Source: Pyrinomonadaceae bacterium (lineage in GTDB: Bacteria; Acidobacteriota; Blastocatellia; Pyrinomonadales; Pyrinomonadaceae). Taken from it: a stretch of 64,000 nucleotides of DNA. How positions within the stretch are numbered: the first letter of the stretch is position 1; each line of letters opens with the position of its first letter. Location of the stretch: the NCBI GenBank assembly GCA_046313635.1, contig JBKBYA010000003.1, forward strand, positions 216,769 to 280,768. The letters run 5' to 3'. The position numbers and the translations under genes were made by a program. Positions 19,710-27,814 of this stretch are shown here, one piece after another. Below the pieces are notes generated by a model. The model was not told the origin of the DNA. It was given only the letters and a program-made list of their open reading frames with translations, and made no database searches.

Positions 19710-20075
19710 ATGGATCGTCTTATCAGGATAGGAACACTCTTGGTCTTTGCAATTGTGATGTCGGCCCTCCCGGCAAGGGCTCAGACGAGTCATACGATCG
19801 ACGCGGATCTCTCATTCGCCTTTGCCGTCGGCAACAAGACCTACGAGCCGGGCGCCTACAAGCTTCGGGTGCAGCCGATAGCGAGCGGCTCGGCATTTGT
19901 CACCGTCGTCGACAAGGACGGCAAACCGCTTCAGACCGTGATCGGGAGCCTTACGGGTAATCGTTCGACCCGCAAGCCGGCTCTCGTTTTTGGACGCAGA
20001 GGCGAGCTCCGCGTGCTCACGGGCATCGCCCTGCCGGGACGAGGCCTGATCATCGGCGGCACCGGCGGGCGATAA
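19710..20075 (+). CDS. Small exported beta-rich hypothetical protein
   Basis: Signal peptide ending PARAQ; FAFAVGNKTYEPGAY pattern seen in acidobacterial hypotheticals. Confidence 0.65.
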   Translation: MDRLIRIGTLLVFAIVMSALPARAQTSHTIDADLSFAFAVGNKTYEPGAYKLRVQPIASGSAFVTVVDKDGKPLQTVIGSLTGNRSTRKPALVFGRRGELRVLTGIALPGRGLIIGGTGGR

Positions 20076-20157
20076 GGGCTGACATTCAGCGGATCAGGTC
20101 GTACGGCAGGCGTAATGCCGCGCCGCGCAAAGCGTCGACGCACGGGCCTTTCATATC

Positions 20158-21168
20158 TCACGCGAACCGCTTGGCGTCGATGCCGAGCCAGTTGAGAGCG
20201 GTGCCGGCGAGCAGCATCGATTTGATCGCGTCGTCATAAGGCATCGACTCGATCATCTTGCCCGGATGCTCCTCGCCGAGCGGGAAAGGATAGTCCGAGC
20301 CGAGCATTATCTGGTCGGCGCCGACGAGCTTGATCAGATAATCGAGCTTGGCCGGCTCGTGAACTAGCGAGTCAAAGTAGATGCGGCCGAGATACTTGCG
20401 CGGGCTGTGCGGGTTATCGACGGCGCACAGGTCGGGCCGCACGTTAAAGCCGTGCTCGATGCGCCCGATCGTCGCGGGGAACGAGCCGCCGCCGTGGGCG
20501 AACGCGATCCGCAGATCAGGCAGCCGCTCGAGCGTGCCCGAAAAGATCAGCGAGCAGATCGCGCGCGAGACCTCGGCCGGCATGCCGACGAGCCACGGCA
20601 GCCAGTACTTTTGCATATCGCGCTCGCCCATCATCTCCCACGGGTGCACAAAGACGGCCATGCCCAGCTCGGCGCAGGCGGCAAAGAACTCAAAGAACTG
20701 CGGCTCGCCGAGATTGAGCTGATTGACGTTGGTCCCGATCTCGACGCCCGCGAGACCGATCTGCCTGCACCGCTCGAGCTCGCGGACGGCAAGCGTCGCG
20801 TCCTGCATCGGCACGGTGCCGATGCCGACGAAGCGGAGCGGGAATTCGCTCGCGATGTCGGCGATGCCGTCGTTGAGAAACTTTGAGATCTCGAGCCCGT
20901 CCTCGCCGCGCGTCCAGTAGCCGAACATAACCGGCACGGTGGAGAGCACCTGCACGCCGACGCCGCACTCGTCCATCTGCTCGATCCGCCGTTCGGGCGA
21001 CCAGCAGTTGTCCTCGATCTCGCGAAAGAAGTGACCGTCGTCCTTGATCATCCGCGCGCAGCCCGGCCCGCTGTGCTCTAGCTGAATAAAGCCGCCGTAG
21101 CCGAACTTGTCCTTCCACCTCGGGATGTCGCGCGGCAGGATATGAGTGTGGACGTCGATCTTGAGCAT
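20158..21168 (-). CDS. 2-amino-3-carboxymuconate-6-semialdehyde decarboxylase (ACMSD, amidohydrolase)
   Basis: IDVHTH, LSTVPVMF, FVHPW, WLPWLVGMP, AHGGGSFP, GSDYPFPLGE; pathway context. Confidence 0.9.
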   Translation of the reverse strand: MLKIDVHTHILPRDIPRWKDKFGYGGFIQLEHSGPGCARMIKDDGHFFREIEDNCWSPERRIEQMDECGVGVQVLSTVPVMFGYWTRGEDGLEISKFLNDGIADIASEFPLRFVGIGTVPMQDATLAVRELERCRQIGLAGVEIGTNVNQLNLGEPQFFEFFAACAELGMAVFVHPWEMMGERDMQKYWLPWLVGMPAEVSRAICSLIFSGTLERLPDLRIAFAHGGGSFPATIGRIEHGFNVRPDLCAVDNPHSPRKYLGRIYFDSLVHEPAKLDYLIKLVGADQIMLGSDYPFPLGEEHPGKMIESMPYDDAIKSMLLAGTALNWLGIDAKRFA

Positions 21169-21179
21169 CAATGTAGGTT

Positions 21180-21356
21180 TCAGGCGAGATACTTCTTGAA
21201 ACGCCGGATCTGTTTTTCGCTGGCCTTGCCCTTTGTTTTTAATTCTTCCTGGCGCAGTAGACCAGCCTTCAGCAGTTCGACCGACAATGCGTGCAGCTGG
21301 TCCACCTGCCACAGCCTCGCTTCAATCGCCTTTTCAGACATATCAATCTTCTTCAT
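21180..21356 (-). CDS. 58-aa helical protein, partner of the nucleotidyltransferase (not in ORF track)
   Basis: Manual translation MKKIDMSEKAIEARLWQVDQLHALSVELLKAGLLRQEELKTKGKASEKQIRRFKKYLA*; overlaps the NTase end by 14 nt and fills the gap to ACMSD. Confidence 0.7.
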   Translation of the reverse strand: MKKIDMSEKAIEARLWQVDQLHALSVELLKAGLLRQEELKTKGKASEKQIRRFKKYLA

Positions 21357-21798
21357 TCTCGATCCTAAAGATATCTGCGAGGTCCTGCGGACGTCCTGCT
21401 CGTCGTTTCAAGAGCAACAATCCATCACGCGAGACGACCGACATTGTGCGTCCGGCAAACGGTACACGCTCTCGAGAACTCCACACCGTTTCGATGTCCT
21501 CGGTCACCAACAGCAGATCGAGAGGCAGCACCGTGCCCTCAACTATCTTGGAGACCCTGCGTATCTCAAGCGTCGGATCCTTGAATGAGATATCCAGTCC
21601 ACGAATATCGAAACCCAAGCGGCCAGCTATCGAAATCGCCTCGTCAACCGATTCTTCGCGAACAAGAACGTCGATATCCATCGTCGCACGCGGAAAGCCC
21701 TGGATAGCCATTGCCAGTCCACCGCAGACCGCGTATTCGACAGCCGCATCCTCAAGGGCGTCAACGAGGGCCGTTAGTTCTTGGAGGAGTAACGCCAT
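21343..21798 (-). CDS. Nucleotidyltransferase (pol-beta superfamily, AbiEii/DUF6036-like)
   Basis: YAVCGGLAMAIQGFPRATMDIDVLV and LKRRAGRPQDLADI motifs. Confidence 0.85.
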   Translation of the reverse strand: MALLLQELTALVDALEDAAVEYAVCGGLAMAIQGFPRATMDIDVLVREESVDEAISIAGRLGFDIRGLDISFKDPTLEIRRVSKIVEGTVLPLDLLLVTEDIETVWSSRERVPFAGRTMSVVSRDGLLLLKRRAGRPQDLADIFRIENEED

Positions 21799-21801
21799 TC
21801 T

Positions 21802-22323
21802 TTACGACACGACAGGCGGCGGTTCCATCACCGCGCCGCACTTTTTACAGGTGCGAAGTTCTTCTGAGCCGTAAAACTTCTTGAAGACGCCCTGGAACTG
21901 GGTCGTGATGTCCTCGAGCTGGAAATACTCTTCGTAGAGTTTGGCGTTGCAGTTCTCGCAGAACCAGAGCAGGCCGTCCAACTCGCCTTCGCGGCGTTTG
22001 CGCTCGATGACGAGGCCGATGGTATTCGCGCCGCGGACCGGATTGTGCGGCACGCGCGGCGGCAGCAGAAACATCTCGCCCTCCCGGATCGGTACGTCGA
22101 CCGCGTTGCCTTCCTCCTGGATCTTGACCGTGATGTCGCCCTCGAGCTGGTAAAACAGCTCTTCGCCCTCGTCCCAATGATAGTCCTTGCGCGAGTTGGG
22201 CCCGCCGACGACCATCACGATAAAGTCGTCGTCGTCATACACGCACTGATTGCCGACCGGCGGCTTGAGCAGGTGCCGGTGCTCGTCGATCCATTGACGA
22301 AAGTTAAAAGGGCGTCTGATCAT
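21802..22323 (-). CDS. nbaC: 3-hydroxyanthranilate 3,4-dioxygenase
   Basis: [38 protein letters not shown]...CKKC rubredoxin-like site. Confidence 0.95.
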   Translation of the reverse strand: MIRRPFNFRQWIDEHRHLLKPPVGNQCVYDDDDFIVMVVGGPNSRKDYHWDEGEELFYQLEGDITVKIQEEGNAVDVPIREGEMFLLPPRVPHNPVRGANTIGLVIERKRREGELDGLLWFCENCNAKLYEEYFQLEDITTQFQGVFKKFYGSEELRTCKKCGAVMEPPPVVS

Positions 22324-22330
22324 TTGCAAT

Positions 22331-22861
22331 TCAAAGCTCGGCCAGTTTTTGGACCGTGCGCCAATTCCGGGCCGTGTAGATGACGCGGGGCTTCTTGTCC
22401 AAGACAGACCTTTTGCCGAAGACACTGTCAGCCATACCGCCGCCAAGCAATACGTAGATCTCGCGGCCGAGGCATATCACTGCATCGCTGCCGAAATTCG
22501 TTTCAGAAAGCTGAAATTGCTTTTCGAGCGGAAGTTCGGTCCTCAGGAAGAGCACGTGCATTTGTTTGTGACTCTCGAATTCGCCGGCGAACGGATTGCT
22601 CGACACAACCTCGCGCACCGCGGCCTGCCTGCGAGCTATCACATCGACCTGTTTGCCGAACGTCGCCGCGATCGCGGCCTCGATATCTTTAACAAGTCCC
22701 TTTTCCGACGCGCGTTCGGAGTCAAAGCCGACATTACCGCTGTTGATGTACGTCTTGACGTTCTCAAAGCCGAGCTCCTCGAACACGGCCGTGAGAACGT
22801 CCATCTTTATCTGTGTCGCCCCGCCGACATTGATGCCGCGGAGCAGCGCCACGTATCTCAT
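22331..22861 (-). CDS. DUF1697 family protein
   Basis: [30 protein letters not shown]. Confidence 0.88.
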   Translation of the reverse strand: MRYVALLRGINVGGATQIKMDVLTAVFEELGFENVKTYINSGNVGFDSERASEKGLVKDIEAAIAATFGKQVDVIARRQAAVREVVSSNPFAGEFESHKQMHVLFLRTELPLEKQFQLSETNFGSDAVICLGREIYVLLGGGMADSVFGKRSVLDKKPRVIYTARNWRTVQKLAEL

Positions 22862-23934
22862 GCATTCTGCATGTCGATCACAAACCGGTAGCGAACGTCC
22901 GCCTTGACGGTGCGGTCGTACGCTTCTTCGATCTTATCGGGCGAGATGACCTCGACGTCCGCAATGATGCCGTGACGAGCGCAAAAATCCAGCATCTCCT
23001 GCGTCTCCGGGATGCCGCCGATCAGCGAGCCGGCGAGCACCTTGTTGCCGCCGATCAGCGAGAATGCGTTGACCGGGATTGGCTCGGTCGGCACGCCGAC
23101 GACGACCATCACACCGTTGAGACCGAGCAGCGCGAGATAGGCGTTGTAGTCGTGAACGGCCGAGATCGTGTCGAGGATGAGGTCAAAGGTGCCGGCAGCC
23201 GCCGCGGTCGCCGCGGCATCACGTGTGTTGAGGAACTTGTGTGCTCCCAATTTGCGCGCGTCGGCCTCTTTCGAGGGCGAGGTGCTCAGGACGGTGACCT
23301 CGGCGCCCATCGCTGCCGCGAGCTTGACGCCCATATGACCGAGCCCGCCCAATCCGGCGACCGCGACCTTCATTCCTGGCCCGACGCCCCAACGCTTGAG
23401 CGGCGAGTATGTCGTGATGCCGGCACAGAGCAACGGAGCGACACCGGCGAGGTCAGACTCGGGCGCGTCGACCTTGAGCGCGTACGACTCGTCGATGACG
23501 TAATGCTTTGAATAGCCGCCGTAGGTCGGCGTCACGCGGTCCATCTCGGTGCTGTTGTACGTCTGCGCCGCTCCCTTTACGCAGTACTGCTCGACGCCGT
23601 GCGCGCACGCGCCGCACTCGCGGCACGAGTCCACAAAGCAGCCGATGCCGGCAAAGTCGCCTTCTCTGAACTTGGTCACTTCGCTGCCGACCCGCGAGAC
23701 GCGGCCGACGATCTCGTGGCCGGGCACCATCGGGTAGATCGACGGCACGGCCGGCTCCCATTCGGCCCTTGCCTGGTGAATGTCGGAGTGGCAGATGCCG
23801 CAGTATAGGATCTCGATCAAAACGTCGCGCGGGCCGACCTCTCGTCGCGTGAATTCAAATGGTTCGAATTTGGCTTCGGGCCCGTGCGTCGCAAATCCTC
23901 GGGTTTCAATTCCTGTTCTTTCCGGTGCTGTCAT
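22858..23934 (-). CDS. Zn-dependent NADP alcohol dehydrogenase (CAD family)
   Basis: CGICHSD, PGHEIVG, structural Zn cysteines, PLLCAGITTYSPL, GLGGLG, RYRFVID. Confidence 0.93.
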   Translation of the reverse strand: MTAPERTGIETRGFATHGPEAKFEPFEFTRREVGPRDVLIEILYCGICHSDIHQARAEWEPAVPSIYPMVPGHEIVGRVSRVGSEVTKFREGDFAGIGCFVDSCRECGACAHGVEQYCVKGAAQTYNSTEMDRVTPTYGGYSKHYVIDESYALKVDAPESDLAGVAPLLCAGITTYSPLKRWGVGPGMKVAVAGLGGLGHMGVKLAAAMGAEVTVLSTSPSKEADARKLGAHKFLNTRDAAATAAAAGTFDLILDTISAVHDYNAYLALLGLNGVMVVVGVPTEPIPVNAFSLIGGNKVLAGSLIGGIPETQEMLDFCARHGIIADVEVISPDKIEEAYDRTVKADVRYRFVIDMQNA

Positions 23935-23946
23935 TTTTACTCCTCT

Positions 23947-24366
23947 CTACTGATCGATCGTCGCGATCACCTTTAGCTCGATCGCGATCGGCGTGGGCAG
24001 GGCGTTTACCTCGACCGTCGTCCGGCAAGGCTGATTGTCTGCAAAATACTCGGCGTAGATCTCGTTGTACCGGGCAAAGTCTTTTTTCATATTCGTCAAA
24101 AAGACCGTGACGTCGACGATCCTGTCCCAGCTCGAACCGGCATCATCGAGAATGTCTCGCACGTTCTTAAAGACAGACCGGCACTGCGTCTCGATGTCGT
24201 ATGAGACGATGTTGCCCGCCTCGTCGAGCTCGACGCCCGGGATCGCCTTGCTGCCTCGCTCTCGCGGGCCGACTCCCGACAAAAAGAGAAGATCGCCCAC
24301 GCGTCTGGCGTGCGGGTAAAGGCCGACCGGCTCGGGTGCTTTTGACGAGTTGATGACGTCGGACAT
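23947..24366 (-). CDS. RidA/YjgF family protein, probable 2-aminomuconate deaminase
   Basis: APEPVGLYPHA, LFLSGVGPR, PCRTTVEVNALPTPIAIELK; kynurenine context. Confidence 0.85.
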   Translation of the reverse strand: MSDVINSSKAPEPVGLYPHARRVGDLLFLSGVGPRERGSKAIPGVELDEAGNIVSYDIETQCRSVFKNVRDILDDAGSSWDRIVDVTVFLTNMKKDFARYNEIYAEYFADNQPCRTTVEVNALPTPIAIELKVIATIDQ

Positions 24367-24474
24367 ATTTTTTGACGGCAAAACGATTCTATTTAATGTT
24401 CGAACAAAATGTAAGTCACACCTGAGGCACGGGGCCGCCGGACCGCGGGATCGCCGTCCGAAATAAAAAAACTT

Positions 24475-24502
24475 TTGCGATCGGAGCGGCTTATGCTAGA
24501 CT
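24475..24502 (+). promoter_or_regulatory. Possible sigma70 promoter
   Basis: TTGCGA-16 nt-TAGACT with TG upstream of the -10 and an A-rich UP-like tract. Confidence 0.35.
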
Positions 24503-24595
24503 TTGCCCGTCTCTCAGCGCTCAACAACCAACCTAAAAAACTAGATCAGATTAGAAAGGCTCGCTGATTCCACCTCAGGCGGTCTCGCTTGTGCA

Positions 24596-25720
24596 ATGAA
24601 AAACGAACTTTCTTCGGCCGGGCGGCGAGCGCCGGCCGGGCTTCGCGATCGTACGTGGTTTTGGATACGGTCTTTGGTTTTAGCAGCAGTCTTATCGCTC
24701 GTCGGGGCGGCATTTATCCCCGACGCAATTCCGTACACTGATTCGAGGGGCATAACGCCGATGGTCAAGGCCCACTCGACCTACGCCGATCTTGCGGCAG
24801 GCTCTCTTACTTTTGCTATCACACCGGCGACCGTCGATCTCATAACGACGAATGACGATTGGTCGCGGGTCGCGTCCGTCGAGGGATTCGAAGGCCGCGG
24901 CCTGACGGCGACGCACGGCGTCAACCCGCAGACAGTTCTCGGGACCGAGTTCCCTAACGGGAGGCTGCCCAACACGCCGACCAAGGTGGCCGCAAACAAG
25001 AGCAATCCGAGCGCATTCAACGTCGGCGGGCTCGCGGAGTTTGATACCGGGCCGCCGCTCGCTCTGGGTCTGCAGGGAAACGTGCACGCCAATCCGTATC
25101 TCGTCTTTTATTTGAACACCCTTGGCCGCTATCAGATCCGCATCGCGTACCGCGTAGAGGATATCGACGGCGGCTCAAACAACTCGGTGTCACAGGTCGC
25201 ACTGCAGTATCGTGTGGGTGAGACCGGAAACTTCATCAATATCCCCGCCGGCTTCATCGCCGACGCGACCGACGGCGGCGTTGCCGGCCGCGTACAAAAT
25301 ATGAGCGTCGTGCTCCCGACACCGGCCGAGAACCAGCCGAGAGTGCAGGTGCGCATCATCACGACAAACGCCGCCGCACCCGACGGGACGAGCACGCCCG
25401 ACGAGTGGATCGGCGTCAATAACGTCGTGATCACCAGTCAGTCGGCGCCGACCGCCGCGACCGTGACCGTAGCGGGTCGTGTGGCCGACGCCGGCGGGCG
25501 GGGCATTTGCAATGCGATAGTGACGCTGACCGATCTCGACGGGACGTCCCGCACGGCGACGACCAATCCGTTCGGCTACTACAGATTTCACGAGGTGCCT
25601 GCCGGAGCGGCGTACATCGTCGCGGTCGCGAGCAAGCGCTATGCATTCAGTCCGGACTCGCGCGTCGTGACGGTCGTCGAAGATCTGAACGACGTGGATT
25701 TTTTTGCCGACGATCGATAA
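24596..25720 (+). CDS. Exported protein with C-terminal carboxypeptidase-regulatory-like domain
   Basis: N-terminal hydrophobic segment; C-terminus PTAATVTVAGRV...TNPFGYYRF...YIVAVASKRYAF. Confidence 0.8.
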   Translation: MKNELSSAGRRAPAGLRDRTWFWIRSLVLAAVLSLVGAAFIPDAIPYTDSRGITPMVKAHSTYADLAAGSLTFAITPATVDLITTNDDWSRVASVEGFEGRGLTATHGVNPQTVLGTEFPNGRLPNTPTKVAANKSNPSAFNVGGLAEFDTGPPLALGLQGNVHANPYLVFYLNTLGRYQIRIAYRVEDIDGGSNNSVSQVALQYRVGETGNFINIPAGFIADATDGGVAGRVQNMSVVLPTPAENQPRVQVRIITTNAAAPDGTSTPDEWIGVNNVVITSQSAPTAATVTVAGRVADAGGRGICNAIVTLTDLDGTSRTATTNPFGYYRFHEVPAGAAYIVAVASKRYAFSPDSRVVTVVEDLNDVDFFADDR

Positions 25721-25743
25721 CGGTCGCGCTTTCTCAAGTCGTT

Positions 25744-27060
25744 TCAGCGGCTCTTCTCGGCCCAGATGCGGACGAGATGGACGAGGGTCTCGGTCGACTT
25801 TTCGAGGCCCTTTCTTGAATTGAATTCGAGCTTGCCGTGAAAGTTGTGCCCGCCCGTGAACAGGTTGGGCGTCGGCAATCCCATTGCGGTCAGACGCGAG
25901 CCGTCGGTGCCGCCTCGGATCGGCCGCAGCTCGGCCTTGATCCCCGCACGCGCGGCGGCCTCGATTGCGTAGTCTGTCAGCTGCGGGTGATCTTTGAGCA
26001 CCTCTTTCATATTCAGATAGCCGAGCTCGCTCTTGTATTCGATCCGGACGTCCGGGTACTTCTTCTGCGTTTCGGCGATCACCTTTTTGACCGCTTCTTC
26101 CTGTGCGGCGAGGCCGTTGATATCAAAGTCGCGCAGGAGGATCTTGATCGTCGAGGTCTCGACGTCGAGACCGCCGACGTACGCGTGCAGGAAGCCCTCG
26201 CGGCCCGCGGTCGTCTCGGGGCGATTTGGCACCATCGCGGGGAAACGCGACAAAAAGTCGCCGGCCGCGTACGCCGAATTGATCATTATTCCCTTGGCCG
26301 TGCCCGGATGAGTCGACCTGCCTCTGAACGTCACGGTCGCGGTGCGCGCCGACCACGTTTCGTTCGAGATGTCGCCGAGCTGCTCGCCGTCGACCGTGTA
26401 CGCAAACTTTGCCCCAAAGCCCTTGATGTCAAACTTCTCGATGCCGCCGCCGACCTCTTCGTCGGGTGTGAATGCGACGGCGATGTTGCCGTGCTTGATC
26501 TGCGGATTCTGCCCGAGGATGTCGATCATCGTCATGATCTCGGCGATGCCGGCCTTGTCGTCCGAGCCGAGCAGGGTCGTGCCGTCGGCCGTGATGATGT
26601 CGTCGCCGATGAGGTTCTTGAGGTCAGGATTTTGCGCGACGGTGATGACCTGCGTCTTGTCGTTCGGCAGGACGATGTCGCCGCCCTGATAATTCTTGTG
26701 AATGATCGCGTTGACATTCGCACCCGAAACGGCCGGCGACGTGTCCATGTGCGCGATGAAGCCGATCGTCGGCACCTTGGAGTTGTCAGGCAGATTGCCC
26801 GGCACCATGCCGTAGACGATGCCGAACTCGCTCACGCGCACATTCTGCACGCCGAGGTCCTTCAATTCCTTTTCGAGCAGCCGCGCCAGCACGAGCTGCT
26901 TGTCTGTGCTCGGCACCTTGCCCGCGTCCTCCGCCGACTGCGTATCGATCTTCACATACCGCAGAAACCGGTCCATCACCGACTCGGTCGGCGGTTTTGT
27001 CTGCGCGGCCGTCGAGACGGTCAGCAACACCGAAATAAGTAGAGAAACAATAATTTTCAT
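25744..27060 (-). CDS. pepT: Peptidase T (M20B) with N-terminal signal peptide
   Basis: RFLRYVKIDTQS, AHMDTS, LLGSDDKAG, FTPDEE, HPGTAKG, IRGGTDG, PNLFTGGHNFH. Confidence 0.93.
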   Translation of the reverse strand: MKIIVSLLISVLLTVSTAAQTKPPTESVMDRFLRYVKIDTQSAEDAGKVPSTDKQLVLARLLEKELKDLGVQNVRVSEFGIVYGMVPGNLPDNSKVPTIGFIAHMDTSPAVSGANVNAIIHKNYQGGDIVLPNDKTQVITVAQNPDLKNLIGDDIITADGTTLLGSDDKAGIAEIMTMIDILGQNPQIKHGNIAVAFTPDEEVGGGIEKFDIKGFGAKFAYTVDGEQLGDISNETWSARTATVTFRGRSTHPGTAKGIMINSAYAAGDFLSRFPAMVPNRPETTAGREGFLHAYVGGLDVETSTIKILLRDFDINGLAAQEEAVKKVIAETQKKYPDVRIEYKSELGYLNMKEVLKDHPQLTDYAIEAAARAGIKAELRPIRGGTDGSRLTAMGLPTPNLFTGGHNFHGKLEFNSRKGLEKSTETLVHLVRIWAEKSR

Positions 27061-27085
27061 ATGAACAAAAAAGAGCAGCGACAAA

Positions 27086-27807
27086 GTCAGAACCGCCTCG
27101 CGTAAGCGGGCTGAAGGACGCCCGGCCCCGGCAGCCGCAGAGCCATCCGCGAGCTCGTCACGACTTCGCCCATTTATCAAACGCGCCGAGATCCGCACCC
27201 TGCCCATTCACCACATAATCGCACGCTCGAAACACGTCGTCCTCCGTCCACAGCCATCGCTCGCTCCCGCCGGCGACCCACGGCGAGTGGGCGTACGTCC
27301 AGCAGTCGTGCTCGCGCAGCCTGCGTGTCGAATATGCCTTGAAGGCATTCAGTGCCCGGAAAGGTTTCAGCGGGCCGATCGACACGACGGCGTGTGCGTG
27401 GTGCGTTCTGACATTCAAGGCACGCAAGATCCAGTCTCTATGTTCGCACACCTCGCGGATCGCTGCGTCGACGACACTTCTTTGAGCGGCATTCAGGATC
27501 ACCGGGTTGCTCTTCAATTTCTTGCGGTGCTGCCGCTCGAGAATTGGATTAGGCGCGACGCGCGGAGCAAGATACTTGTTATTGAACCTGTCTATCGAAC
27601 CGCGTTCGTCGCCGGGAAGCCAGCTTCCGTACGTGCGAAACGTTATCAAGTATGCCAGCGGAATGTCGGTATCGTTCCAGAATGTCATTATGTTGGTGCG
27701 ATCCGGGCGACGTGCGGCTCCCCGACGCGCGCGGCGACGGCCTGAAGGTTTGAAACGTCGGCTTTGGGCCGGGCGACGTGCCACCCGCTGACGCGGGCGG
27801 TTCTGAC
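27086..27807 (-). mobile_element. RAYT gene bracketed by inverted REP-like repeats
   Basis: GTCAGAACCGCCTCGCGTAAGCGGG (27086-27110) versus reverse complement of 27784-27807 GTCAGAACCGCCCGCGTCAGCGGG. Confidence 0.75.
27158..27688 (-). CDS. REP-associated tyrosine transposase (Y1 HUH)
   Basis: AYLITFRTYGSWLPGDERG, NVRTHHAHAVV (HUH), FKAYSTR, W...YVVNGQ catalytic Tyr. Confidence 0.85.
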   Translation of the reverse strand: MTFWNDTDIPLAYLITFRTYGSWLPGDERGSIDRFNNKYLAPRVAPNPILERQHRKKLKSNPVILNAAQRSVVDAAIREVCEHRDWILRALNVRTHHAHAVVSIGPLKPFRALNAFKAYSTRRLREHDCWTYAHSPWVAGGSERWLWTEDDVFRACDYVVNGQGADLGAFDKWAKS

Positions 27808-27814
27808 CTTTGCG

